A stretch of 64,000 nucleotides of DNA from Piedraia hortae CBS 480.64 (taxonomy: Eukaryota). Shown here in pieces: positions 35,701 through 46,628 of the stretch (positions are counted from its first letter, which is position 1; each line of letters begins with the position of its first letter). The notes under the pieces were generated by a model. The model was not told where the DNA came from. It made no database searches and saw only the letters and a list, made by a program, of their open reading frames with translations. The DNA lies in contig MU005984.1 in the NCBI GenBank assembly GCA_010093745.1, positions 62,001-126,000 of the forward strand, given 5' to 3'. The translations under genes and the position numbers were made by a program.

Positions 35701-36351
35701 GGCCTGGTACATTGCGCCGGTGGGGTCGGCCTCTGCGTCCGAGTAATCGACCTCGAGGGCAGCGAACACTGGTGCGTCCCAGCCAACATCGAGGGCACAC
35801 GTGGCAAAACAAAGACTTGCCCACTGATTGGCCTCGTGTGGACTTGATAGCTCAATTTCCCCTGTAGACGTTCGCTGGCTGATGAAGACAACCTTGTTCT
35901 TCTCTGTTGATGCATAAAGGCAACATCGCCCTCGCGGCTCACACGCAAGATATTGGCCTGGTATCGTCCGACGGACGCCGCTCTTGCCGTAAGTGTACCA
36001 TTTCAACCGCTGGAAAGCCTTCTTCTCGACATCGTACTGCAGCACAAGCACTCCACCGGCGTCTGAGCTGACTATCAGCTGGTCTGCGGCTGTCCCCGGC
36101 ACTCGCATGGCGCCCACGGCGCGGACTGTAGCAAACACATCCTGCTCCACAATCGTCTCGACCTTGACCTCGCTGCGGTCCTCGCTTTCGATAATGCGAT
36201 AAAGGCTTAGCCGTGACCCTCGTGCCGCAAAAATCTGCTGCTCTTGTCTCTTGAGACGGGGGATCGCATTGCATGTCACAGCAGACTGCACGGCCGACGG
36301 AGCCTCGAGAGTGAGTGAGTAGAAAGTCTGTGTCTGCTGGATATTTGACAT
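32752..36351 (-). CDS. RSE1: U2 snRNP SF3b subunit Rse1/SF3B3, apparently intronless
   Basis: 1199-aa ORF with YGKSGVRRTIPGQYLA, FAALEVDY, YELDLGLNHVV-like YTVDLGLNHVV, GGDKFGN, GRDHLAYRSYYVPVK..DGDLCE and terminal RVAF. Confidence 0.97.
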   Translation of the reverse strand: MSNIQQTQTFYSLTLEAPSAVQSAVTCNAIPRLKRQEQQIFAARGSRLSLYRIIESEDRSEVKVETIVEQDVFATVRAVGAMRVPGTAADQLIVSSDAGGVLVLQYDVEKKAFQRLKWYTYGKSGVRRTIPGQYLACEPRGRCCLYASTEKNKVVFISQRTSTGEIELSSPHEANQWASLCFATCALDVGWDAPVFAALEVDYSDAEADPTGAMYQAREKQLVYYTVDLGLNHVVRSWSDKVDYSANMLFAVPGGQDGPSGVLVCAEGRIYYRHDKADPLSIPIPRRKGWNRTSIIVSGCVHLSRARHDFFFLLQTEEGDVFKLTMDMDVDQNGQETTPKTIHLKYYETLPTAKEMLLIRKGYIYIAAENGNHKLYHVNDLADDLDFEPEHNYSSDEVSADPAEPYKPVYFEPRELTFVRLAVDVPCLHPLMRTRVDNLTGEDAPQIYALQGTGNRSVLKAIRHGVEIQEIVASPLGNIPYDNLWSLKHRHSDDYHSYLLLSSNYGDKTIVLSIGDEVETMSDSPFTTNRATVLAAQMGDATLVQVYARGVRSIMETGTVHEWPSPSQRTIVAASANHRQMLLGLSSGEIAFFFMGDDGVLNQLEEMPEMSGKVTALSVGPTPKGQIQSKFAVVGCDDCSIRVLSIDLDSPLEPRSIQALSAVPTSIEVVDMVDHRSGTTVSHVHIGLQSGLYLRAIIDEVTGDLGDVRTKFLGSLPTRLFPVHVGDGNGVVACSSRPFVGYNHPSSHQFTLTPLLTGQLDAARPFVSEHLTCLCAIQGQNLLIFDVPNIYGRLSSWQLTLKYTPRALARSPSHAMFYIPQSDANTHPSTNAAAEQHVGLVKANGTWASCIQAIDPISQAITCTLDMSDNEAAMCCTVVQFESRNWEPYLAVGTGQNMNSPSAKGFIRIYRISDDGKQLEFVHRTAFNAPIYALMAFRGRLAFGVGNELLVHDIGLKAMLRKSRGIVVPSIITSLDSMGDRIAVGDVRDSVTFVVFKPAHNRMFAFVDDVVQRWTTTTTMVDYETVAGGDKFGNIWLVRCPEQASREADEDGLGGHIANERSYLNGAPYRLDLRAHLYTSDVPTSIQKTSLVAGGQDVLFWSGLQGTLGVLIPFVTRDDVEFFTQLQQLLRTENAPLSGRDHLAYRSYYVPVKAVVDGDLCEQFLNLSNDLKAKIAAECDREVAEVERKVQELRSRVAF

Positions 36352-36412
36352 GATGGCGCCCGCAGGCGACGGTGTCCAAGCAGCTACAGAATATTAAGGT
36401 TGGGTATGCGTG

Positions 36413-36510
36413 CGAGTCATGCGCGCCTGAGGTGAGGTGTCTTACGAGTCATGCGTGATGTGTGTGTGGCGAGTCAATTGTGAGAAAAATGTTGCATGTC
36501 CCGCGAGTCA
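36413..36510. promoter_or_regulatory. Four CGAGTCA (TGACTCG) motifs in the 200-bp bidirectional RSE1/MSS51 promoter
   Basis: Copies at 36413, 36445, 36470 and 36504, all in the same orientation. Confidence 0.5.
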
Positions 36511-36552
36511 GCCGACATGACCGCCTAGACGTCACCTTAACGACGGAGAAGG

Positions 36553-37893
36553 ATGGCTGTGAGTCGGGCCTGTTGGCGGGCAATACCCAGAGTCCAAACA
36601 GCATTTAAAAGATCACTCTCTGCCTTCCAGATCCGAACAATCCACCAGCCGCAGCGGCAACAGGCCGATGTACGCCTGGATCCAAACCGCCTGGTGCATT
36701 CGTTCAGTCACTCGCCCGTTCCGGCAATCAGGAGGAGAGCGCAGGTAATGCGCAACAATGCACTATGTCCCCACCCCGAACACCACGGACAGGCGTCCCA
36801 TGTACGCTACGAATGCCCCGATTGCGGCTTCCCGCTGTATTGCTCAGTCGAACACTTTGCCGATGAATATGCCGCCCACGTCCACATTTGTGATCTGATG
36901 CGGCAGATCAACGAGGACGATCATGATCTCTACAGTGGCCGCGTCTTTACCGAGTTCGACTATCCGGGTCGCGGCCTAGAAGAGGCTCCCGTCAACATGA
37001 CCAACTGGGACACGCTTCTCTATTCACGGGATTTTCTGGCCATCGATGAGCTTCGTCCGCTACGCCATGTGACTCGGCTTCTGACCTACCCCATGACAAT
37101 CGGTAGCGTGTTGCATGAGTTGAGTCCATATGATTTGCGAACTGGCCTCACCAAGGAAGGTCTGAGGTCCTTCAGTGCGTTGCGATATACGCTCCATCCG
37201 CCGCCATCTGGAGCAGGAAAAACCGTAGCCGAGTTGCGTCCAACGCCTCCTCCGGTACGCGTCTTCGTACTGGGAGCGCGGGCAGAATCATCTTTGCCTC
37301 GCGATGTCTGGCTCCAACTCTCTTACCTCTTCAACCGCGCCACCTTCCACCTCGTCTTCATTGGTCCGGAGAGCATGCTCAACCGAGAGCAGGAGCTTGC
37401 CGGGCGCGAGGTATCTGAGCAAGGCTCCTTCCATCCCATTGTCGAGGACCGATTGGGCGCGCAAATGAAAATCTCCACATACACCGAATACTTTCACACT
37501 CTGCACAACGCCCAGCACTTCCACCCCTACGATCCCTACTTTGACTGCTTCGTGCTTTTCCACCCAGGCCTCGGCCATCCGGCGTCCAGCCACGAATGGG
37601 CCTCGACGTTGCCGCAGCTGTTGGAGACCAAAGTCCCCGTCATCTGCACGGGCTACACGAACGCAGACATGTCGCGAGACATTGCCTGGGTCAAAGAACA
37701 GGCGCGTGGCGAGGCCGACATCTTGCTCAAGCCGCGCGAAAACCTATTTCGCAGCTTGAGATGGGAGGTCAATGATCTCGATCCCCACGACCTCAATTGT
37801 GGGAACTGGGGTGTCTGGGCCTTTCGCGGAAAACGATACGAAACCCAAGAGTACAGTGGCAAAGACGAGAAAGATGAATGGAACCGTGTGTAA
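36553..37893 (+). CDS. MSS51: Mitochondrial COX1 translational activator/assembly factor Mss51
   Basis: Arg-rich presequence, zinc finger CPH...ECPDCGFPLYCS..H...C..RQINEDDHDL, LGARAESSLPR, FHPGLG. Confidence 0.93.
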   Translation: MAVSRACWRAIPRVQTAFKRSLSAFQIRTIHQPQRQQADVRLDPNRLVHSFSHSPVPAIRRRAQVMRNNALCPHPEHHGQASHVRYECPDCGFPLYCSVEHFADEYAAHVHICDLMRQINEDDHDLYSGRVFTEFDYPGRGLEEAPVNMTNWDTLLYSRDFLAIDELRPLRHVTRLLTYPMTIGSVLHELSPYDLRTGLTKEGLRSFSALRYTLHPPPSGAGKTVAELRPTPPPVRVFVLGARAESSLPRDVWLQLSYLFNRATFHLVFIGPESMLNREQELAGREVSEQGSFHPIVEDRLGAQMKISTYTEYFHTLHNAQHFHPYDPYFDCFVLFHPGLGHPASSHEWASTLPQLLETKVPVICTGYTNADMSRDIAWVKEQARGEADILLKPRENLFRSLRWEVNDLDPHDLNCGNWGVWAFRGKRYETQEYSGKDEKDEWNRV

Positions 37894-38004
37894 ATATCCG
37901 CACCATAGTAGCGATACTCGACAAGAACATCCGAACACCAATTGTACTACCGAGAAGGATGAACTCTATTAACAATTCAGACGTCCCCCTTCGTACGCAT
38001 CACT

Positions 38005-38472
38005 TTAAATGCAAACAGCAACCAAGAAGCCCGCAAGGGCGAGCGTGCTGCCAACCACCGTCTTTCCTGAGCCGGAGATGGGCTGAACCGACACATGAGG
38101 GTACGAGCCGGTACCCGTGGCGCTGGCTGAGCTGGAGCCTGCCGGGGCCGTGCCTGTGCGTGCAACCGCCGTCGAGTTGGAGCCAAAGGTGGGCACGATG
38201 CTGACAGGTGTCTTGGGGGCACCAGTGCTCACTGGGGCGCTGGTGCCAGTGGCATTACCAGTCGAGTTTCCGGCGGGGAAGGGCACCGAAGACGAGACCG
38301 TCGGAAGGGCACCCGTGGATGCGGCAACGCCAGACGAATATGCGGCTGTAAACAATGTCAATCAACTTTACGGTCTAAAGGAGCTTTTCCCAAACAAACC
38401 ATTCAAGTGGTGGATGTTGACGGCACTGCCTGCACCTGCAAGGGCAAGGATGGAGACGAATGAAGTGCGCAT
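38005..38472 (-). CDS. Small Ser/Thr-rich secreted, probably GPI-anchored, cell wall protein
   Basis: Signal peptide MRTSFVSILALAGAGSA, one intron (GTTTGT..CAG), S/T/G-rich body with NST sequons, hydrophobic C-terminus. Confidence 0.8.
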
Positions 38473-39595
38473 TTTGGTTGAGATAAAAGTAGTAGGGGAG
38501 ACGGATTAAAGAAGTTGGTGTTTTGGTCGAGGGGATTGAGGAGGTATCAATGAAAGACTGTGGTGAGTTGAGGGTGAAGGACGGAAAAAAGGGAAGAGCG
38601 AAAGCTTGCTTTATGGTCTAGAAAGACTAAAGCAAATGACTCATTTGCCATGGTTGAGATTGTTGGGAGGCAGATCTGTAACAACCGTGCTGATTGCGAA
38701 ACGATCCCGGTGTTAATTTTGGCCATGCCCGTCCATTAATTGACATTGCAAAGACGTTCCGAGTACCTACACCGCTCCCATGGCACTGTGGCAGCAGCTC
38801 ATGTCCATCTTGATTGAGTTTTCGCATTGTCTTCAATCGTGCCCAACGTTATTCTAGTGCGCCGAGTGCACTGCCTCGACCGTGCTGGCTCTGCTTCTGC
38901 CGGTTACCGGCTCAACTGGACCTACGTGTGATGGCGCCACATAAGATTTCGTACTACGGGCCGACGACTGCATAACCGACTGGCTAGGCCTTAAGCGCAA
39001 CCAATCAGCAGTTCTTTGCTTATAACCACATGCTGTGACTGTCAGGGTTAGTAGCAGGGATCATCTGTCAGATCAGGGAAGAGCAACCTGTCATTCGACT
39101 GTACTAATAATAGCATCGTTGCCCCAACTGGCAGCACTGTCCAGGTAACACTGTCACGTCTGGCTCATACCAAAATCAGATGCGTGAAGATAGCATCGAA
39201 TTGATGAAGGGACAATATGAAATTGGGATTGCTAGTTAACGTACGTCTTCCTGAAATCTATACAGCACCGCTGTCAGCAGATAGATCGCCCAGTTTGTAC
39301 ATGTACATAAACTTTGACAGAGCACATTTTGCGCCGAACCTCCCGAAACGCACGACGCATTTGAGGATATCGAGGCATTCTTGTCTCAGGCAAGTTATAT
39401 TTCTCATGAACACATCCGGATGAGCGAGCTTCAATTCTTTTCTCGACTCGCTGGAGACTTACAGTACTCATCGTTAGCTAAGAGTGAGCTTGCAAGCAAC
39501 GACAGCGAACAAAAGTACCAAACTACAGATATCATAATGCGCCAGAATGTCCCAGTGAGACATTATCGCCATTCAAAACATCACATCATTCGCCC

Positions 39596-42500
39596 TTATT
39601 TGTGCAAGCCCCCCATGGTGCGGCTGCCATCGGTCCCACCGGTCCCCGATGTGCCATACTTCTCAACATTCGCTGGTAATCCCGTATACGGCTCAGTCAC
39701 CGTACCCGCGTCGTGCCTGTCGTCCTTGTGTCCATGATGGAGCAGCTTGTGCAAAAAACCTTCTTTCTTCTCTCCATGTTCCTCTTCATAACGTGGATCT
39801 TCCCTCTTGTGCAGCTTATGAGGCTCGCTCGACCCAGCCCTCGACTCATCTGTATGATGCCCAGTTGTCCCATGATGGCCCTTCGCGGTCTCGTATGCAC
39901 CAATACCAGCGGCTGTGGCGCCTCCAGCAAGACCAACATCGCGGCCATAATGATGCTGCGAGGGCTGAGACTGGCTTGCCACACCACCGCCAGTTCTATC
40001 GTCAGAACCTAGAGATCCAGTTCCCTGACCATACTGTTGCTGCATCCTCTCAGGGCCAGTTTGCAAGCCAGAGCTTTGCTCGGTTCCTTGCGTCTGTGCA
40101 TACTGGCTGGGTCCTGTCTTGATCTTATCAGAGTCAACACGCGGATCCATTTTGTTCATCAAGTCGGACTGGTGTGGGCCAGCCGTGGTGCCGCCATACT
40201 GTGAACCTTGCGATGAATATGGCATGCTGGACTTGTCGTACTGCTGGCCGGCTGCTCCCTGGCCATGGTGCTTGGAAATTTCATGGGCACCCAACCCAGC
40301 AGCTCCAGCGCCCGCAGCCAAACCGGCGTCACGGCCATAGTGATGACCTTGAGCCGGGCCGGTACCAGCTCGCGACATGTCAGAATCGACACGTGGATCC
40401 ATTTTGTTCATCATGTCCGATTGGTGGGGTCCAGCAGTCTGCGATTGAGATCCATACTGAGGAGGCTGGGTAGAGTATGGCGACTGGCTGGTACCATGAG
40501 AGGAGGGGTATTGTTGCTGTCCAGTGGACTGAAGGGAATCATTGCCCTGGCCGCGATGCTTGCTCAGCTCGTGAGCACCCAGGCCTGCAGCGCCGACACC
40601 ACCTGTAGCAAGGCCGGCGTCGCGACCATAGCCATGACCCTGAGAATGGCCAGTTGCACCGGTTCTGGATGTGTCAGAATCGGCGTGCGGGTCCACCCGG
40701 TTCATCTTGTCCGATTGATGGGGTCCGACAGCCTGCGACTGAGATCCATACTGAGAAAGCTGGGTAGAATGCGGCGAGTGGCTGGTGCCATAAGAGGTGG
40801 AGAACTGTTGCTGTCCAGTGGACTGAAGGGAATCATTGCCCTGACCGCGATGCTTACTCAGCTCGTGAGCGCCCAGACCTGCAGCGCCGACGCCCCCTGC
40901 GGCCAGGCCAGCGTCACGACCATAGTTATGCCCTTGGGATTGGCCTACTGCGCCGGTCTTCGACATGTCGGAATCAACGCGCGGGTCAAGCTTGTTCAAA
41001 ATGTCTGATTTGTGTGGACCGGTAGTTGTGGATTGCGTACCGTACTGCGAGCCAGACGGCACTCCATGAGAAGCTCCAGAAGCGCCATACTGCTTCTCCG
41101 GTTGCACCTGGCTGCTCAGGCCTTGCGTCCCCGTTTTGTTGGAACCAGAGCTACCGGCCCCGGGTTCACGGCTGTACTGCTGACTGGACGTCTGATGTTC
41201 AACGCCCTGACCGTGACGCTTCGCAGCCTCATAAGCTGCAACACCGGCGGCGCCGGCGCCTCCAACTATACCCGCGTCACGCCCGTAATGATGCGTTGAC
41301 GGTTGGGCGTGTTGACCCAGGCCTTCGCGCCCGGATGACGTTCCATACGATCCTGGCTCGCCGCTGGTGGTGCCTGACGAGCGATCATACTGTTGACCAG
41401 TAGAGTGGTGTGGCTGTGCAGCCGATTCATGGTGGCGCGAAGCTTCATGAGTACCAATTCCTGCGGCACCCGCGGCACTGGCGCCAGCAATGCCTGCGTC
41501 ACGACCCAAGCTGTGGGATGATTGGTCGGTCCTCGTAGCCTGGGACGCTTTTGAATCAACACGAGGATCCAATTTATCTAACAAGCTGGACTGGTGCGAG
41601 CCGGTCTTGGATCCATCGCCATATTGTGTGTCACGAGAATTGGCGCTCGTCTGGCCATACGTCGTCGACTGAGAAGCGTTGGAGTCGATGACATGGCTCG
41701 AAGTCTCAGAGGAGCGTCCGCCATACGAAGAATCGGCTCCCGCGGCGTGTAAGGAATTGCCGCCCTTTCCCAGGGCATAAGCACCAGCACCGGCGAGTCC
41801 AGAACCTCCTGCTAGCGCCGCATCACGACCGTAATGGTGCTGGCCCGAGGTATCAGATGACCGCATGCTATGAGTGGGATCATGAACACTAGTATTGCCA
41901 ATGCCTGCGACTGAGCCCGATGGGGGCCCTCGGATATCGACGGGTTCCTCATACGGATTGCTGACTTCAGTCTGGTCGCGATTGGTTTGGCTATGTCCGG
42001 TGTGGCCGACAGGTGCATTCAATGAAGAGTCGGCGACAGTTTGTTGACCACGTGCACTGTAAGGATCAACTCCCCGCTCAGACACAGACTGTAAGCCCGA
42101 AGCTTGGCCCTGTTGGCGACCCTGCGTGTACTGCGTCGTACCGGATTTATGGGCCTCAGAGTCAGCGCGAGGATCCAACTTGTTGAGTACGTTCGACCGG
42201 TGTGGACCCGTCGTAGACGGTGTGCCGTACTGGGTTCCTTGGGACGACGGGTAGGCATTGTCATGCTGCGTGCCCGAGGATCGGGATGGATCAACGCCCT
42301 GGCCGTGATGCTTGGATGCCTCATAACCCCCGAGTCCAACCGCTCCAGCACCAGTCGCAAGAGCAGCATCTCGTCCAAGATGAGACCGGTCGCCAGAAGT
42401 AGTGCTGTACGGTGCACTGGTGTCATGATGGGCAGATGGCGGATGTGACGAGCTCGACATGCCAGTGCCAGTGGTGCCATAATTACGATCGCCAGAAGTC

Positions 42501-44240
42501 GATGGGTATCCCGAAGAACCATGAGTTCCTGGGCCAACAGAGCCAGTGCTACTAGAGGTTGGATATCCGGATCCTACGCCAGTGCTCCCGGTGGTGCTAG
42601 TTGCAGTTGGGTAGCCGGAGCCAACACCGGCAGCGCCAGTGCTACCAGTGGTTGGGTATCCGGGGCCTGTATTATCCGATGAGCCCATTGAGGTGGGAGG
42701 CGTGTTGTGCGCTTGCGGATATTGAGATGACCGACTTTGGGACGTGCTGGAATTGACCCTTGGATCCAACTTGTTCAAAAGGTCTGAGCTGTGAGGACCA
42801 GTGGTGGATTGCGCACCGTATTGCGAAGGCTGGGTCGTGGAAGGGTACGAACTGCCGTGTTGCTGCCCATATTGATGTCCAGCCAACCCCGCAACTCCAG
42901 CGCCGGCACCAGCAGCAAGCGCGGCATCACGGCCAAGGTGTGAGCCAGTGCCTTGTTGAGTTGCAGCAGTCGGGTGGGTCGAAGAACCGTACTGAGCAGA
43001 GCTCGTAGGTATAGAGGAGTCAGGAGCTGTGGTTCCGTAGCTACGGTCACTTGAAGAGGTCGGGTAGCCCGAGCTGGTCGTTCCGCTCACTCCCGCCGAA
43101 GATGTTCCATATGGTGCACCACCGGCTACGCCGACGTCGCGGCCGAGCTGTGACGTCTGTGACATCCCAGTGCTACCCTGCCCAGATGACATGTATGACT
43201 GGGACTGAGACTGTACTGCGGCAGGTGTCTCAGGATCCGCGGGAAAGCCGCCGGGAATATGTGGGTCAAGAAGATTACCTGCATCAGTAGGGTGCGGCCC
43301 ACTCGTTTGGTGAATATATCCTGGCGTGAGAGCTGACGTGCCGCTGCCAACACCCGTTCGACTCGTCTCAGGGTTTTGACCCATGACGCCAGAGGTATTA
43401 CCAGTCTGGCCGTAGGGGGATGAGCCGGTACTGGACAGGCCGGTTCCATATGCACGGTCATTGCCAGAGGCTTGTGTCAGGCCGTGTTCACGACCGGAAG
43501 AGGTCCCGTGGTCGAGAATAGACGTGTTGGCTGCGGCCAGACCGGTCCCACGACCTAGAGAGGATTGGCCCGGAAGTCTGCCACTGTCACCGCTAGCAAG
43601 CGGATTAGACCGATCAGCGTAAGTCGACCCAGTAGGTGCATTGGAGGTATTAGTGCCATATTGGCCCCCTTCATAGCCCTGGCCACGGGCTTGCGAACTA
43701 AATGTTGTCGTGAGCCTCGCCGGTCATTCACACGTGTAAAATTCTCACCTTTGCAATGTACGATCTGGTAGGGATTGGCCGGTCAGACCACCAGCCGACG
43801 TATTGCCCAGAACTGTTCCTGTTGATTTATATTCGTCAGCTCTCCTGGCATATGGACCCTCGTGGCCCGACTTTACGCTCAAGACGCTGAGGGCATCGTC
43901 ATCTTTGTGAATATCCAGCATACCTCGAGATGCAGAGTTATCGCCAGGAGAACTGAAACCAGTAACAGCACCATGCGAAGCGGTGTTGTAGCCCTGAGAT
44001 TCGCCTCCCGGGTTCCTAGAATGGTCAGAGCTGTGAATGTAGGTGAAGTTCATGTACTGACATGAGCTGCTCAGCTCGACCTTGAAGGGATGAAGGTTGG
44101 TTGCCAGATACAGTACCAGACTGCAAATGACTACCCGGGGTGACTTTGTCAGCCTCAGTCGTCCCAGCACGACGAGCTGCTTCAGAGGCGGGGTCTTCGG
44201 AATGACCTGAGCCACGCAGTACCTGCTTAATTTTCTCCAT
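39596..44240 (-). CDS. Giant hydrophilic Gly/Ser/His/Gln-rich DPR-repeat (fungal dehydrin-like) protein, about 1515 aa
   Basis: ATG 44240; introns 44061-44016 and 43748-43698 give an in-frame 4548-nt CDS. About 7 GPHxSDxxNKxDPRVDS repeats and about 10 HxGRDAxxAxG repeats. Confidence 0.82.
40400..40990. repeat. Intragenic tandem duplication with a 294-bp (98-aa) period
   Basis: CCAGTGGACTGAAGGGAATCATTGCCCTG occurs at 40521 and 40815 with similar flanking sequence; boundaries approximate. Confidence 0.88.
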
Positions 44241-44904
44241 TCTTGCTGTTGATTGATTGGCCAAAGGTAAAGGTGTGGAGAAGGAGTTGAGCAGAATGTG
44301 CTAACAAATGGGTTTCTATGCAGCTGGATTGAACAGCAAACGTCATAATACGTCATCACTAGACGCCAAACCTGCTTTTACCCCGCAGGACACGTGCCTT
44401 GATGGAGTGACAAGCTCGGCTTGCCCGTTTAAGATAGCGACATCCCAAGCCGTTGCTTTTATGGAATGGCCGGATCCAATTGATAACCATCGATTGGATG
44501 TTGTCGTAGCCTTCTTCTTTGCCTTGCGCTTGCTCATTTTCACAATGGAAGCTGATTTGATCATCGACCAACCACCAAGCCGAAGCAGTTTTAGATAACG
44601 TTGCCCTCATGTAATTCCATACTTGTTATTGAATAGGTCGTGATGGCGATTTGAAGTAAGACTTGGGCCCAGCAGAGCCCACTTTCTTTCGATGGTAGTA
44701 TTGAACTGGTGCCCATTTCTCGCTGTTCGTTGGTAGGTCCACGCGTAACCCACGTGACATCCCGGTGTGGCAAGCCCCAAAGAGTCTCGCCCCGCGCCTC
44801 AGGCCCCGCTTGGCCAAACGTCCGGCATCGTTATTCCTTCGAGATTATATGAAGAACTGCTCTCTGCCCATAACTGGCCACTGTATATGGTGACAATCCG
44901 CAGG

Positions 44905-45539
44905 ATGCCTTTGAGACAGCGCGCCAAGGCTTTTTTCCATCGTCGTTCTCGCACTGATTCAAGCTCGTCCAAGCCCTCTTGCTCTGGCTCAAACCGCGAT
45001 CGATGGCCATCCAACGTTTATAAGCCGGGCGAGCCCATGCCTCCGCCCAAATATCGTCGCCCTCCACACAAGGAGCACTGGGAAAATTTGGAACGTTTCA
45101 CCTTTGATGACTCATGGCGAAGAAAAAGTTTCCAAAGTCAGTATAGTCCAATGGGAACCCGCCTCCCATCTAGACAGAATAGCATACTTGGGCGGTCAGT
45201 GGGCGACAGCGACGGCCCCAGTCGAACTGCCAGCATTACCGGCGAAGATGGCTTTGGGGTGGGTGATAGGCGACAACGACGGCGGGATTTAGGTTTTGGT
45301 GGCACAAGACTCAGTGCTGAGCCCGAGGTAGAGGGCGATGATGATGTGGGAAATGGTGAGCAACATCCACGCAAGATGTACTGTGATGAAACATTAACAA
45401 AACAGTTGGCCTTTCCCGAGCGCAGTCTCGTGAAGGGCCATCCGCACGTTACATGACAGCACACGACCACACTCCCTTCTCCGAGGATGACCTGTCACTG
45501 GCTTTGCAGCAGTCACAAATTACCGTGACAGCCCATTGA
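44905..45539 (+). CDS. Conserved-looking fungal hypothetical protein
   Basis: MPLRQRAKAFF..NVYKPGEPMPPPKYR..H...LE.FTF..RRKS.QSQYSPMGTRLPSR; intron about 45356-45405 restores an ending in PFSEDDLSLALQQS. Confidence 0.7.
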
Positions 45540-45725
45540 GCACAGTGGGCGATGATACCATGACTCTAATGCTCTTTGTTAATTATACTTTAATGCATGA
45601 CACATTTGCGTGCGTGTAGGATAGATGTCCCCGGCGTTGAATATCACGTATTGGGAACATCATGGAAATCATAGCGCTTGCGTATGCTCATCAATTATTT
45701 GCGCAAAAGAGAGAATCAATATTCA

Positions 45726-46195
45726 TCACTCGTCATTCCGAGCGAACGGATTCGAAATCTCTTCGCTGCCATCCTTGGGAGATAATAGTACGATGAGGGG
45801 ACCCCGGGCAACTAAAAGTCCCAAAGGTCGAGAGGCCATGTTACCTTGGTCGTCTTTCCTGCGTCAGTATCAATTTGAATGCATTGTGCTAAGTAACATG
45901 CCTCTGGTGGTTTCCCTGGCATTGTCCAGGACAAGGTTTGTCAGTTGGTCGTAGCCTTTGAGCATTCCCACAACTGTTGCGGTCAGTCTGAGGTTGGTGG
46001 AGGGCTTCCAAAGCACCCGCCTTCTCTCCCACCGTTGAATTTGACACATATTTCACGACCCATGTACTTGTTCAAGTCGAGTATGTTCTCTTTCTTACGC
46101 TCACCCCCAGTAGCGTGGCCACGGGAGGAATGGCTTCCTCGGCCACCGCGATCGTCGCCGCCGCCGCGACGTGTTCCACGAGCGCGTTCGGCCAT
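45726..46195 (-). CDS. LSM7: U6 snRNA-associated Sm-like protein Lsm7 (124 aa, two introns)
   Basis: KKENILDLNKYM..ICVKFNGGRE/VVGMLKGYDQLTNLVLD..R/DDQGN..RPLGLLVARG..LLSPKDGSEEISNPF. Confidence 0.95.
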
Positions 46196-46628
46196 TTGCG
46201 TTATGGTTGTTGGCTGTTACTTATCGTGGTTGAGTATGGTCGGATAATTGTCGGGAAGCGCACAGTTCCGCGCAACTTCGCTTTCCGACATTCACCGCAA
46301 CATGAGCACGATGGAGGCATGAATACACTGTCAATATCTATATTTGATCCTCCGCCCAACTCCGCCATCCCTAGTAGGGTAAATTAAAACGATAAAAGGT
46401 AAGTCGGAGTGACAGAAGGAGTGTGGCAGCGGCGTGATGCCGCGGTGCCGCGCCCTTCCGACGCCAAGCGGCGCGCCCACAGCCTCCGCGCGTCCGCGCC
46501 CGTCTTCGCCCCCTCTCCGCCCCGCGCCGCACCTCCCCGTTTACCCGCAGCATTTCTGCCGCCGCTTCCGCTCTACTCCTCTCTCACCCCCTCAACCTCT
46601 CATCCTCTCTCCCACCCCAATCGTGATC

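Noticed and set aside
43560..43790. Apparent frameshift or separate ORFs at the 5' end of the dehydrin-like gene
   Set aside because: Two ordinary GT-AG introns join all parts in frame.
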